In this document: piece after piece, positions 1-10,137 of the stretch | Layout of the letters: every line of letters starts with the position of its first letter | Numbering within the stretch: position 1 is the first letter of the stretch | Virus record (IMG/VR): IMGVR_UViG_3300026488_000018 | Location: 1-64,000 of that record | Direction: 5' to 3' (one strand) | Length of the DNA: 64,000 nt | Source of the DNA: a virus | Made by a program: the position numbers and the translations under genes | Notes under the pieces: generated by a model | Seen by the model: the letters and a program-made list of their open reading frames with translations, nothing else | Databases searched by the model: none | What the model was told of the DNA's origin: nothing

Positions 1-39
1 CGTAGGGGTTCCGGGGTTCAAATCCCGGCCCCCGCACCA
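1..39 (+). tRNA. 3' part of tRNA-Leu (variable arm, T-arm, acceptor stem, encoded CCA); 5' part and anticodon outside the window
   Basis: CGTAGGGG variable arm, GGTTCAAATCC T-loop, CCCCCGCA-CCA end; recalled as near-identical to the Thermococcales tRNA-Leu 3' end. Confidence 0.8.
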
Positions 40-63
40 TTATACTGTTTTGGGGTGGTTAAT

Positions 64-225
64 GTGTCGGATGTTGAGTTGGTTTCTATTGATTTATTGG
101 CGGGCAATAATATCGTTTTGCGGGTGGATGATGACAAGAAAGCGAAAGAATTTGTTAGGTCAATGTTGAAAGGTGAGTATATTGATATTGAGATAGGTGG
201 CGTTAGACTTGTTGTTTGGGTTTGA
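64..225 (+). CDS. Small hypothetical protein (53 aa; frame stays open after the TGA to ~282)
   Basis: GTG start after GGGGTGG SD; translated manually, not in ORF track. Confidence 0.5.
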   Translation: MSDVELVSIDLLAGNNIVLRVDDDKKAKEFVRSMLKGEYIDIEIGGVRLVVWV

Positions 226-281
226 GGTTATGATGCTAGGAAAGGTGAGTTTTATGGAACAATTATTAGGAGGGAACGGTA

Positions 282-713
282 ATGATTGAGTTTAGGTGTA
301 GATTATGTGGTGAGAAGTTTGAAAGTTTTAAGGAAGTCAAAAATCATGTGCTTGAATGTCATAAGGTACCAGGTAGGAGTTTCAACATATCACCATGCAG
401 TTTTGTGCACATTCTAATGGATGAGAATGAGATTGAGAATTTCTTTAGCGCGCGGTATGGCCTGAAGGAATTTTGGATTGACGAAGTAATATGCAAACAC
501 AAATGGCTCGAGGTTGTATTGTTTTTTGATGTGAACCATTTGAAATGGAGCGAGATTGGCGAGATGCTAAGTAGGATGGAGGAGGATGGCATCAGGATTG
601 TTGATGTCAAGACTGACTGGGTTGATATTTACGGTTGCGACGAGGAATGGGGCCTTATCGCCCGGGTTTGGGTTGACATTGAGAAGGTGATAGGTGATGA
701 GAAGAAAGGCTGA
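282..713 (+). CDS. C2H2 zinc-finger protein
   Basis: CRLC-x12-H-x4-H at N-terminus; SD GGAGGG. Confidence 0.7.
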   Translation: MIEFRCRLCGEKFESFKEVKNHVLECHKVPGRSFNISPCSFVHILMDENEIENFFSARYGLKEFWIDEVICKHKWLEVVLFFDVNHLKWSEIGEMLSRMEEDGIRIVDVKTDWVDIYGCDEEWGLIARVWVDIEKVIGDEKKG

Positions 714-1239
714 ATTGGTGTTAGTTGGCATCGGAGCATTTCTGATGTGGTATGCATTGGTAAGGGCAGGTGTTTGGCTTTGGTATCTTGTTTTTATGAC
801 TGGTGTAGTCGCCGGTATTGCCATGAGCGAGGGTATTAACGCAGTTGATGCTGTAGTTGTGATTCTGGCGTTCCCCGTTTTGTTGGCGGTTGATTTCGTT
901 AAGAGGTTCGACAAGTATAAGTATGACTTTGAGGAGTGGCAGTTTAAAAGGAAGTTAGGAGTAAAGAACGACTGGGATGTTGAATTTAAAGTTCAGGAAG
1001 TTCTCAAAAGAGATGGTATTAGTGTGGATAGAGCATATATTAGCCCAGCAGATGAGAGCGGTGAAGCTGAATGGGGCTGGCCAGGTATTGTTATTGATGT
1101 TGAATACGACGACGCAGAGAGGTTGAAGAAGGAGCATGGTAGTGAATGGTATAAGGTAGTCGAGAAGAGAGTCGCAGATGAGCTGGGTATTGATGTCAAT
1201 CGAGTCAAAGCATTTCAAGCAGAACCACAGTATTGGTAA
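694..1239 (+). CDS. Hypothetical membrane protein
   Basis: Hydrophobic N-terminal ~65 aa followed by a soluble domain. Confidence 0.7.
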   Translation: MMRRKAELVLVGIGAFLMWYALVRAGVWLWYLVFMTGVVAGIAMSEGINAVDAVVVILAFPVLLAVDFVKRFDKYKYDFEEWQFKRKLGVKNDWDVEFKVQEVLKRDGISVDRAYISPADESGEAEWGWPGIVIDVEYDDAERLKKEHGSEWYKVVEKRVADELGIDVNRVKAFQAEPQYW

Positions 1240-1261
1240 ATGGTATGGGAGGTGATAGGTG

Positions 1262-1470
1262 ATGAAGGTTTTGATAACGAAAGCGAGTGATTTAATTTAT
1301 GAAGAGGTAAGGGAGTTTAAGGATTGAAACGAGTTGTTCGAATATCTTAAGAAACAGTATTCAAAATGGATAGTTGAGCTTGACAAGAAAAAATTATTTA
1401 TAATATGTATGCTAAAGAAAGTGAGTGGGTTGATGTTGAGGTAACAATGTATGATGATTGTGTAAAGTAG
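1262..1470 (+). pseudogene. Disrupted small ORF (in-frame TGA at 1325, A-run frameshift at 1388-1393)
   Basis: Strong SD GGAGGTGA; MKVLITKASD...FKD*NELFEYLKK continues in the -1 frame to ...DVEVTMYDDCVK*. Confidence 0.5.
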
Positions 1471-1580
1471 AAGGTGATGAGGAATGATAAGGTCAATTAA
1501 TCAATTTTTAAAGAAGTATTTACCGAGGTATCTTGAGGAGAAATTAAGTGGGAAGAAGTATGGTATTTGGAGGTGGAAAA

Positions 1581-2309
1581 ATGAAAGTAAAGTTGATCGA
1601 TTACACTAAAAACCCACTTAAAGTTTTAACCCAAGCCACGTTGGTATCGTATTGGGATGAATGGAGTATTGATAAGTTGGATAAAATTACTGAGAAAGAT
1701 GCGGAGTTGCATATTCCACGGGTGTTGGGGTATGGACATGAGAGTATCTTGGAGCATATTAAATTAACGTTCGCGGTTGAAGGTTGTAGCAGGGTGTGTA
1801 CCCACCAGTTGGTTAGACATAGACACGCGAGTTTCGTTCAGGCGAGTCAGCGGTATCTTAAGTTGGAGCGAGACGGCGATATCGAGGAATTGTTTGTTAT
1901 TCCAGAGAGCATAAAAAACGACGCGGTATTGCATTCTAAGTGGAGAGAAATACTGGAACGGGTTATGGCGTTGTATGAGGAGAGCATTAGGAGAGGTATC
2001 CCCGCCGAGGATGCACGGTTCATCGTTCCCCAGGCTGTTAGGTCTAAGATTGTGGTGTCAATGAATATGAGAGAGTTCAAGCATTTCATTGGTTTGAGAA
2101 TGTGCGAGCGCGCGCAGTGGGAGATTCGTGAGTTAGCAAAGAGGATGTGGGAAGAGGTCTACAAGGTTGATGAGCTGAAGCCGATACTTAAATGGGCGAA
2201 GATTGGACCTAAATGTATTTGGTTAGGGTATTGCCCCGAGCGCGAGCTTATACCCCCCGGGTGCTGGAAGAGACAAAGAGAATGGTGGAATAAAGTTTGG
2301 AGCATTTAA
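1581..2309 (+). CDS. thyX: Flavin-dependent thymidylate synthase
   Basis: GHESILEH, SRVCTHQLVRHRHASFVQASQRY, EDARF, AQWEIR motifs. Confidence 0.96.
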   Translation: MKVKLIDYTKNPLKVLTQATLVSYWDEWSIDKLDKITEKDAELHIPRVLGYGHESILEHIKLTFAVEGCSRVCTHQLVRHRHASFVQASQRYLKLERDGDIEELFVIPESIKNDAVLHSKWREILERVMALYEESIRRGIPAEDARFIVPQAVRSKIVVSMNMREFKHFIGLRMCERAQWEIRELAKRMWEEVYKVDELKPILKWAKIGPKCIWLGYCPERELIPPGCWKRQREWWNKVWSI

Positions 2310-2590
2310 AAAGTGAAAGAACCGCTGTTAGTCTGTGGCGGTGGGTGGTGTTCGACTATTTTGTCATTAGAGGTTGCGAGGATTGGGCACTTTATGTGAA
2401 GGGAAATAGCGGATTTAAATATTTTTCTTTTCAATATATTTTGACGGTATATAAGCGGCATTCACTCGGTTAGAATTAGTTAAGATTGATGAATTGTGTC
2501 GCGGTGTTGAATCCAACGAGACTGCTATTACAGGTATTGTTTTTATTGCAAAAGCCTCGAAGTTTGGGTGGTGATAATTTGAGTGGTAGT

Positions 2591-2818
2591 ATGAGCACAA
2601 GGGAAGCGCTGAATAAGATTTTGAATAAGGGGTTTGAAGTCTATAACACTAAATTAGATTCGTACGGTTGCGTATTGAGCGGCGAAGAGAATGTCACGCG
2701 GAACTTCCAGGTTTTAGGGAAGTTGAGAGTTTTGGGCATTTTGGAATGCCAGAAGATTGATGTTCGCGGTATTGTTCAGGTTTTGGGTGAGGTTCATATA
2801 GGTGTATGGGGTGAGTGA
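2591..2818 (+). CDS. Small beta-solenoid (bactofilin-like) virion protein, paralogue of 39906
   Basis: Repeated V-x-G-x-L/V hexads in the C-terminal half. Confidence 0.5.
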   Translation: MSTREALNKILNKGFEVYNTKLDSYGCVLSGEENVTRNFQVLGKLRVLGILECQKIDVRGIVQVLGEVHIGVWGE

Positions 2819-3263
2819 GTTGTCCGGGGAAGTTTGGATGTATGATATGGATGGTGTTTTACAGAGAAAGATTGTTATAAATGATTGTTCGAAGAATATT
2901 GAAATACGAGATAGTACTGGGGCTAAAATTTTGGAAGTAGAGAGCCACGGTGATAGGCACGCTTATGGTGGAGCTGACGCGATTCCAGTCGAAGGGCTTA
3001 GGTTTAGCCAGTTAGCTAAAGTGTTAGGAACTGAAGCTACTGTTGTTGTTGCTGCTGGCGATTCTGCTGTTGTTCCGAAGGGTGTTTATATTGTTGCACA
3101 GAGTTCTACTGTTAGGGTTGAATATTCACCAGATGGGGGTACTACTTGGAGAATCATTTATCCCGAAGGCGTCGGCGGTTTGATAATTAGTGATGGGGAG
3201 AATGTTAGATTTAGTAATTCAGGAACTTCAGATGAAACTATGTATCTAATACCAATTCTTTGA
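2802..3263 (+). CDS. Putative virion structural protein
   Basis: N-terminus similar to spike genes 11341/38206/40171; Asp-box YSPDGGTTW. Confidence 0.55.
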   Translation: MYGVSELSGEVWMYDMDGVLQRKIVINDCSKNIEIRDSTGAKILEVESHGDRHAYGGADAIPVEGLRFSQLAKVLGTEATVVVAAGDSAVVPKGVYIVAQSSTVRVEYSPDGGTTWRIIYPEGVGGLIISDGENVRFSNSGTSDETMYLIPIL

Positions 3264-3279
3264 TGTTTTCATTTTATAG

Positions 3280-3789
3280 GTGATTGAAATGGCTATTGGT
3301 GATTCAAGAAAGCAATATTTAGAATATGTTGAGAAGTACTTAGAGTTGAATAGTAAATTTAGAATATGGAATCAATTAATGTATGTATTTTTGGTGGCAT
3401 TGAGTTCCCAGGTTGAGAATTTTAATGATATGCTTATTATTAGTGGTGACGAGTTGTTTGACTACATATATGACGGTGTCTATATATTTGATGGTAAATC
3501 GGGTGCTGTAGTTATTGGTCCGGGTGGATTTATTGAATTTAGAATTAATTTGAAAGATGAAACTGGATATGTTCCGACGAAGGCTTTGATTGCTGTTTCA
3601 CCAGAAAAAATAGTTAATTCGAGTATTAAAGCAGGCTTTCTTCCAACTTTGAAAGAAATAAATGATTTGGGTTATGTTGTCGTGATTAATGATATTGGTG
3701 ATGAGCTTTTGACTATTAGGATAGAGAATAATGGTTGTAAGAATATGTATGTGTTTAGTGTAGGAGTACTTACAAAGGGGGGTGCTTAG
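3280..3789 (+). CDS. Hypothetical protein (likely structural)
   Basis: ORF with SD inside a structural operon. Confidence 0.6.
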   Translation: MIEMAIGDSRKQYLEYVEKYLELNSKFRIWNQLMYVFLVALSSQVENFNDMLIISGDELFDYIYDGVYIFDGKSGAVVIGPGGFIEFRINLKDETGYVPTKALIAVSPEKIVNSSIKAGFLPTLKEINDLGYVVVINDIGDELLTIRIENNGCKNMYVFSVGVLTKGGA

Positions 3790-5182
3790 TTTGAAGTTTA
3801 TTTCAAAATTATCTTCAACTGGTGCCAGTTTTCCTGTTGGTTTTGAGTTTGCGCCCGATGGTTCACTTAGATTAACTGGTGATGCAACAGTTTGGAATGA
3901 CCAAATTACGAATAGAATATCGCCAGATGATAATATTGTTACGTATACGTTAGCGGAAACAGATTACGAAAGTTATACTGATTATGCAGTGTATAAAGGC
4001 AAAGTATGGGTTAAGGCTAATATAAAGCCTGGACAGACTGTTAAGTTTAAATTTATTAGGGATTCAACGGGTGCTGCTAATCCTAAAAATGTTTTTCTTC
4101 TGTATGACGATTTTAATGGTTATGATTACAGTTTATGGGATTATTCAAATTCATCTGTTTCTGGCAGTATTTTATCGGTGAATGGAGGTAATTTGGTTCA
4201 GGGAGCACAGACGAAGAATACTATTCCGTCAGGTGTAATTATTGAGTGGAATATGTATAGTGGTAATTACGATTTCGATAGTGGTATCAAGGTTGGTAAT
4301 TTGTATTTTATTTCGGATAGGGGCACCGGATATCATGCTATTAGTACCGGGTTTACGTATCCAGGTGGTTCGCAGACAGCTAATGCATGGAATGAATATC
4401 GGGTTATTCTTGAGTCGAATAGACAAACATTTGTGAATATAACCAATTCAAAAACTGTTGTTGCAAATTACACTTATAGTCCGGGAACATTACGGTTTGT
4501 GTGTGATTCAGATACTTCGTCAAATCCGTTGAGGGTTGATTATATTTGCGTTAGGAAGTTGTATGATGAAAATCAAGTTACAGTTACAGTTACAGAAATA
4601 ACGGATGGTTATGAGGTTGATATTACAAATACTGGTGCTGATGCGTTGGAGGAAGTTCAAATTCCGATAGATATCCCGGCTGATTACTATAAGGTTACGG
4701 TCACAAATACAAGCCCGGTTCTTGAGACTTATGCATTTCCACCGGGTGTTACTTCGAGTATAAAGTTCTTTACTCAGTTTAATCATAGCCCAAAGTACTA
4801 TAGTGATTGTGCGTTTCATATTCATACATATATACCACCAGATGCCGATTCTGGTACGGTAAAGCTTAGGTTGTCTTGGGAGAAGTTGCCAGTTGAGGTT
4901 ATCATAAATGATTCAGGTGCTAATGATTTGTTGAATTTTAATAAGAAACTTAGCGTTGTTACTAAGACTTTTACCATCACGGAGGACATGAAGGGTCGTC
5001 ATGTACTTCTTAATTTTGGTAGGATTGATAAAGTACATTCGTTGAGTCAGATTGTATTTCATAAATTAGAAAGACTTGGAGATGACCCAGAGGATACATG
5101 GTCACATCCACTTCCTGTGTTATATGTTGATTGGCATACGGAGATGGATAGTATTGGTTCACAGGATGAGTTTAAAAAGTGA
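3782..5182 (+). CDS. DUF2341/lectin-like virion protein
   Basis: VWVK...NPKNVFLLYDDF and VDYICVRK motifs typical of DUF2341-ConA-like proteins. Confidence 0.6.
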   Translation: MLSLKFISKLSSTGASFPVGFEFAPDGSLRLTGDATVWNDQITNRISPDDNIVTYTLAETDYESYTDYAVYKGKVWVKANIKPGQTVKFKFIRDSTGAANPKNVFLLYDDFNGYDYSLWDYSNSSVSGSILSVNGGNLVQGAQTKNTIPSGVIIEWNMYSGNYDFDSGIKVGNLYFISDRGTGYHAISTGFTYPGGSQTANAWNEYRVILESNRQTFVNITNSKTVVANYTYSPGTLRFVCDSDTSSNPLRVDYICVRKLYDENQVTVTVTEITDGYEVDITNTGADALEEVQIPIDIPADYYKVTVTNTSPVLETYAFPPGVTSSIKFFTQFNHSPKYYSDCAFHIHTYIPPDADSGTVKLRLSWEKLPVEVIINDSGANDLLNFNKKLSVVTKTFTITEDMKGRHVLLNFGRIDKVHSLSQIVFHKLERLGDDPEDTWSHPLPVLYVDWHTEMDSIGSQDEFKK

Positions 5183-5360
5183 TGGTTGGTGTTAAAATTG
5201 ATTTTCTTGATTTAGTTATTATTTTTTGTAGATAGAAGAATGTTGTATTTTGGAAGCATTTTAATGAGAGTAGAATAGTGAAGGCGCGCATTTTAGATTT
5301 TATTGAATTTTTTGTGTAGGTAAATGATTAGGGTGGTGTAAGATAGGGGGTGATTAAACA

Positions 5361-5771
5361 ATGAATAAGTTTTGGGATTATGCCGAGACAGAGATTGTAT
5401 GTGAACGCAAAGTTACCGAGCGCGGAAGGGAAAGAGCAGAGGAGATAAAAAAGTGGCTGAATGGGGTTCTTAGCAGAGACGAGGTTCTTGGTGTGGTTGG
5501 TTGGATTCAACAGGACTGTAAAGACCCAACCTGGGAGACTCCGATGTTTATTGTTTTCGTAAAGAGAGGAATGTTACCGGTTGACAACGATGACCCGTTT
5601 GAAGCAGCACGGTATTATGACTATGAGGCTGTGAAGAACCCCTGCCCCGGTATTGTTTGGAGCGTTGAAGAGGTTGATGAAATGCCGGAGTTTAGCGAGG
5701 ATGATATTGAGGAAATTTGCTGGTGCGGTATTGTCGAGAGTTTCACTGTTTGGGGGGGACGAAGATGGTAG
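5361..5771 (+). CDS. Hypothetical protein
   Basis: SD GGGGTGA, genome-typical codon usage. Confidence 0.65.
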   Translation: MNKFWDYAETEIVCERKVTERGRERAEEIKKWLNGVLSRDEVLGVVGWIQQDCKDPTWETPMFIVFVKRGMLPVDNDDPFEAARYYDYEAVKNPCPGIVWSVEEVDEMPEFSEDDIEEICWCGIVESFTVWGGRRW

Positions 5772-6091
5772 TTGAACTGGAGTTGAGCGTGTTTGTTGAG
5801 GATGATAGGTTTAACGAGTATCATTTTGTGTTTGTAGGCATTGATAGTAATACAGCGGCAGATATTTTAGAGAAAGAGTTTGGGTTTTGCATTGAATGGC
5901 TGAACGGTATTGATTTTGATGTCTGGAAGAAGGTTAGTGATGGTGTGATGATTGATGGTGCAGTTTCCGGACTTGCAGGTTGTGATGGTTGTACTTGGAT
6001 TGTGAATGCTGATGAGTGGGTATTTAGAGCAGTGGTCGAGAGAATTCTCAAGGACGTGGAGGGTTTGATTGCAGAACCCAAAGCTTTTTAA
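5765..6091 (+). CDS. Hypothetical protein
   Basis: ATG overlapping the upstream gene end, after a G-run SD. Confidence 0.6.
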   Translation: MVVELELSVFVEDDRFNEYHFVFVGIDSNTAADILEKEFGFCIEWLNGIDFDVWKKVSDGVMIDGAVSGLAGCDGCTWIVNADEWVFRAVVERILKDVEGLIAEPKAF

Positions 6092-6107
6092 AGCATTGTG
6101 CAGTATT
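6085..6107 (+). promoter_or_regulatory. Viral promoter consensus TATA-N10-GTATT
   Basis: TTTTTAAA + 10 nt + GTATT, followed by SD GGAGGTGG. Confidence 0.7.
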
Positions 6108-6125
6108 GTTTTTGGAGGTGGTATT

Positions 6126-6290
6126 ATGAAGGTGGTTGTTGCGTATCTCGATTGGGACGGTTACGAGGTTTACAGGGAAGAGTACGATTTTAAGGATGTT
6201 AAGGGTGAACTCAGGAAGGTTGTTGAGGATATGCTCAGGAAGGGTGTTAAAGTCCATCAGATGGGCGATAGAATTGTGGAGGTGTTTTGA
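6126..6290 (+). CDS. Small hypothetical protein
   Basis: ATG after promoter and SD. Confidence 0.55.
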   Translation: MKVVVAYLDWDGYEVYREEYDFKDVKGELRKVVEDMLRKGVKVHQMGDRIVEVF

Positions 6291-6520
6291 TGGTTTCTTT
6301 TATTTTAGGAAAGCGACGGTTCGGGCTGAGCGACGACGAGTTCGCGGTATTGTTTTTCTTGGATATTCTACTGGATACTGGAGTATTTTCAGATGAATTG
6401 ATTGATGAGTGGTTGAACGGTACGGATGAGTTTGTTTTTGAAGGCGACACTGCGCGGCGGTTTCTGATGTTATATGGCGTCTTCACTGGTGTGCGGCTGG
6501 GTATCGATGTCAAGGGGTGA
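6287..6520 (+). CDS. Small hypothetical protein
   Basis: Overlapping start/stop, SD GGAGGTG. Confidence 0.55.
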   Translation: MMVSFILGKRRFGLSDDEFAVLFFLDILLDTGVFSDELIDEWLNGTDEFVFEGDTARRFLMLYGVFTGVRLGIDVKG

Positions 6521-6705
6521 TTTTTATGGACAATTGTTGTGAACTTTACGCGAAGTGGCGGCGGGTTGCAAGAGAATTACATTCGCGTATAAAGATTGTT
6601 GATGGGAAGATCCCGAATGATGCGAAGATTATCATGGCTGAGTATAAAGCATTGTTTATCAAGATGATGTTAAACGGGTGTAAGCCGGAGGGGTGTGATG
6701 GTTGA
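6517..6705 (+). CDS. Small hypothetical protein
   Basis: Overlapping start/stop, SD GGGGTGA. Confidence 0.55.
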   Translation: MIFMDNCCELYAKWRRVARELHSRIKIVDGKIPNDAKIIMAEYKALFIKMMLNGCKPEGCDG

Positions 6706-7751
6706 TGACCAAGATTTACATTCGCCCGGAGGAGAGACCAAAGTATGAGAGCAGGGGTGTTCGCGTTTACGAAGGCCCGAAAGGTGGCTTGTATGTTTTG
6801 AGTGAGGAACTCCCGGATGATTTAAAACGTGAGCTAGGTGAAAGCGCGACGGAAAACATTAGCGAGAAGTACAAGGAGTACGTTGTTCAAGCATTTAATG
6901 ATATTTTAGATAGGTGCGAATCAGTCCACCGCGGCGACGGTATTGTTTTTAAGTTGAAGGACGGCGATAGTATTATCGTCAAGGGTAATACGATTAAAGC
7001 AGGGAAGTGGATAGTTAAGGGTGATAGACTCGACGAACTGGTCGTTTCCTGGGCATTGTTAAGTGAAGCTGTCAGGGTATTGGAGAAGGGTGAAATTGAA
7101 CTTCCCCGGATTGAAGGTGGTTTGTTCGACGTCGGTGGTATTGCTAAGGTTGAAAGTTTAGAGCAGGCGCTGGCTTTGGTGAGCATTTCGCGCGGGTATG
7201 AGTTTATCCGTGATATCAACGAGGATGAGAGTATTGCTGACGCAGTTGAAATGTTTTTCGGCCCGTGGTTGACGCAGAATGTTTTCGAGTTCAGGAGCGA
7301 GAATGTTTCGGTTGATGAGCTGAGGAAGGGTGATTTCTGGCGCGGCGTTGCAAATTTTCTGAGCGTTTATTTTCAGGTGAAGCACGGGCTACGTATTGTT
7401 TTTGAATCGAGCGGGGATATTAAGAGGGCCGCGAATATTGATACTGCGGCGTATTACTGCAAGAGTGAGGTTCATCTCCCGGTTGATATCCCAGGGAAGA
7501 AGGAGTATGGTTATCGCGGTATTGTTTGGCACGAGTTTCAGCATGCGTTATTTGATTTGGTTGAGAGTGGACCGGTTGAGTTCTGGGCGTATCATATGGC
7601 TATGAGTGGGAAGTTAACTGAGTATGCAAAAACAAACGGCAATGAGGCTGCGAGCGAGGCGTGGGCTCTACTTATCGAGGGTAAGGCAGATGACGAGATT
7701 AAGGAGTGGTTTAAACGTTATGTAGAGGAGGTTAAATCATGGATTCAGTAA
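6702..7751 (+). CDS. GPxGG-tagged protein with C-terminal zincin-like metallopeptidase
   Basis: N-terminal VYEGPKGGLYV; AAYY...WHEFQHA and downstream TEYA...EAASEAW. Confidence 0.7.
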   Translation: MMTKIYIRPEERPKYESRGVRVYEGPKGGLYVLSEELPDDLKRELGESATENISEKYKEYVVQAFNDILDRCESVHRGDGIVFKLKDGDSIIVKGNTIKAGKWIVKGDRLDELVVSWALLSEAVRVLEKGEIELPRIEGGLFDVGGIAKVESLEQALALVSISRGYEFIRDINEDESIADAVEMFFGPWLTQNVFEFRSENVSVDELRKGDFWRGVANFLSVYFQVKHGLRIVFESSGDIKRAANIDTAAYYCKSEVHLPVDIPGKKEYGYRGIVWHEFQHALFDLVESGPVEFWAYHMAMSGKLTEYAKTNGNEAASEAWALLIEGKADDEIKEWFKRYVEEVKSWIQ

Positions 7752-7894
7752 AACGGTGCGCGAACTGTATTTTCCGTGTGAGATGCAAACGCGGCATTTA
7801 CTGCGTATTGCATGGTATTTGGGTTGGGGAGAGTGATGTTTGTTCGTCTTTCTGGGGCGCTGATGATTGGTTGAGTTTTGTTAGAGGTGATTGA
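7739..7894 (+). CDS. Small Cys-rich metal-binding protein
   Basis: Manual translation MDSVKRCANCIF...YCVLH...VCSSF; SD GGAGG. Confidence 0.55.
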   Translation: MDSVKRCANCIFRVRCKRGIYCVLHGIWVGESDVCSSFWGADDWLSFVRGD

Positions 7895-7897
7895 CGG

Positions 7898-8218
7898 ATG
7901 GATGAGGGTGACATTGAAGTTGATATTAGCGTGTTACATGCGATGATTTTGGGTTTTATTCTGGGTGCAGTTCAGAGTTATGTGTTAGGTGTTAATTTCT
8001 GGGTTGGCGGATTCATTGGCGCACTGGTGGTTGGCGTTGTTCCGATACTGGGTGTGATTCCTATATTAGGCCCGGTGTTGGCGTATTTTGCGGATAAGTG
8101 GATATTTAACGTCACAGGATTCCCCACCCTGAGCTGGGTATTGTTTTTGAGCATAGGCTTGGCGGTGTTTAATACAATTGTGGTATTGTTTTTGCTGTTG
8201 GCGATATTTGGGGATTAA
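7898..8218 (+). CDS. Hydrophobic membrane protein
   Basis: 3-4 hydrophobic helices by eye. Confidence 0.7.
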   Translation: MDEGDIEVDISVLHAMILGFILGAVQSYVLGVNFWVGGFIGALVVGVVPILGVIPILGPVLAYFADKWIFNVTGFPTLSWVLFLSIGLAVFNTIVVLFLLLAIFGD

Positions 8219-8225
8219 CTGGGTC

Positions 8226-8247
8226 TTTTAAACCACAGTGCGGTATT
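8226..8247 (+). promoter_or_regulatory. Viral promoter consensus TATA-N10-GTATT
   Basis: TTTTAAA-CCACAGTGCG-GTATT upstream of spike gene. Confidence 0.7.
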
Positions 8248-8251
8248 TTTT

Positions 8252-9823
8252 ATGGTGGTTGTAATGAGTGTGGGTTGGTCATATAGTCGTTGGGCGAGTA
8301 AGATTAAAGCTGACTTGGCTGAGGGCAAGTTTAGCAATGATGCTGGACAGACTGAAATTAACGGTTGGCATATTGGTGAGGCACCGATGAATGCTTATGA
8401 CTACATAGTTTATGGTAAGGATACCAATAACGATGGTATAGTTGATATTACCTATGCTAAGAATGGACGTACAGGGAAGATTGAATTTAGTGATACTGAT
8501 GCAAGTAATGTTATACAGAATGTGATTGATGAGGTGTATAATAATGGCGGAGGTAATATTTTTGTTAAGGAAGGAGTTTATAAGATAACGTCGACACTTA
8601 AGTTGCGTTCAGGGGTTACACTTGAGGGTGTAAAGTATAAATCTATTTTGAAGTTATATAATGATGTCGATTTAATGCATATAGTATCCGATAATTCTAG
8701 TGGTTCTGATATGTTTTATGTTTCTGATGTTGTTACCACGTCGCTTAAAAATATTGTGTTTGACGGGAATGATAGACAGTATAATACAGATTTGCTGAAG
8801 TTGAGTGGTGTTTGGTACGGAGCATTTGAGGGATTGGTATTTCAAAATCATGGAGGCATAGCGATACATTTCTATGGCCAGAATTCAAATATTAATAAGT
8901 TCGATAATATAGAGATATATAATTGCGGTAACACGACTAATATTACAACGATAAGTGGTGAACTTATAGGAACACCAATTATATATTTTGAACCAAAAAT
9001 ATCACCATATGAAAAGACAACTGATTTACAAGTAACAAATTTGTATGCTGAACGTAATTACGGAGGAATATTTATAGATGGAGAAGATGTTAGTAAGGCC
9101 GGTGTAACTCATTTACATATTGTTAATGCTCATATAGAAGAAACACCATTAAGTACGCTTTCTGTGCAATATGGTGCATTAGGTGGATATTTATATTATG
9201 CGTATATTAATAACATATCAATATCATGGACAGCTTGGAGTGGAATTAAAATAATAGATGGATATTATGTCAGATTAGAGAATGCAACATTCTACAAAAC
9301 TGGCAGCACAGCGATTTATGCTAATAAACTTGTTCGGTCAGGGTTAGTAAATATAAATTTTGTTAGTTATGGGGCAAATGATAGTAATGCGTATGCAGTA
9401 TACTCAAATGATTTGGGTGGAACATACATACAAGGTTATATTGCAGATTACGAGGGAACAAATAATACAGTATATCTTGGTAGTTACGGTGGAGGAATTA
9501 TAGTAATTGATGGTTATCCAATGACTGAAAGAATTGATTATGGTTCTCTAACAACTTTCAGGAATAGTGTTGTAGTCTCAACTAAGAGTTTTGGTAAAAG
9601 GAATTCGGGTATTGCAACTTTCACTGGTGATGGGAGCACGACGACATTTACAATAGTGCATGGTCTAGTTGATGCACCCAGTAAATACTTTGTGCAACCT
9701 CTAAGTGCTGATGCTAAAGCATACAGCTCGGTTAGTGCAGATACAACAAATATAACGATTACGTTTGACACTGCCCCAGCCAGCGGTGCTGAGCTGAAGT
9801 TTTACTGGTATGCCGAGGTTTGA
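8252..9823 (+). CDS. Beta-helix (pectate-lyase-like) spike/adhesin 1
   Basis: YDYI...[12 protein letters not shown] module, IFVKEGVY beta-helix start, C-terminal GDG..HGL..WYAEV domain. Confidence 0.8.
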   Translation: MVVVMSVGWSYSRWASKIKADLAEGKFSNDAGQTEINGWHIGEAPMNAYDYIVYGKDTNNDGIVDITYAKNGRTGKIEFSDTDASNVIQNVIDEVYNNGGGNIFVKEGVYKITSTLKLRSGVTLEGVKYKSILKLYNDVDLMHIVSDNSSGSDMFYVSDVVTTSLKNIVFDGNDRQYNTDLLKLSGVWYGAFEGLVFQNHGGIAIHFYGQNSNINKFDNIEIYNCGNTTNITTISGELIGTPIIYFEPKISPYEKTTDLQVTNLYAERNYGGIFIDGEDVSKAGVTHLHIVNAHIEETPLSTLSVQYGALGGYLYYAYINNISISWTAWSGIKIIDGYYVRLENATFYKTGSTAIYANKLVRSGLVNINFVSYGANDSNAYAVYSNDLGGTYIQGYIADYEGTNNTVYLGSYGGGIIVIDGYPMTERIDYGSLTTFRNSVVVSTKSFGKRNSGIATFTGDGSTTTFTIVHGLVDAPSKYFVQPLSADAKAYSSVSADTTNITITFDTAPASGAELKFYWYAEV

Positions 9824-9867
9824 TGGGATTTTAAACTTCTCTTTTGTATTTTTATTGGTTGGGGCAT

Positions 9868-10137
9868 ATGAATTACAGGATTGTTCTGGAACCTAATATT
9901 AAGGTAGATGAATGGATTGAAGCCGGCGCATATGTAGAGTATCCGAGCGGTGAGATTAAGAAAGTTACGGGTTATTTAAAAGACGGTAGGATTATTGTCT
10001 ACATTGCAGACGAGGATATTCCGAAAGACGGCGCGTATATTTTTCAGGGTTACATATACAACGGTTCAGAGTATAATTACATCTCCAGCCCCGCGGTATT
10101 GTTTTTAAGGAGAGGTGGTTGTTATGATAAAGAGTGA
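9868..10137 (+). CDS. Small Ig-like/BppU-N-like virion protein, paralogue of 13231
   Basis: PSG...D(I/L)..(D/S)G.Y pattern shared with 13231; promoter consensus at 9829-9850. Confidence 0.5.
   Translation: MNYRIVLEPNIKVDEWIEAGAYVEYPSGEIKKVTGYLKDGRIIVYIADEDIPKDGAYIFQGYIYNGSEYNYISSPAVLFLRRGGCYDKE

Noticed and set aside
64-1470. Genome-wide TGA=Trp recoding
   Set aside because: TGA terminates many clear genes (portal, protease, MCP, folE) with coupled downstream starts, and TGG is used normally
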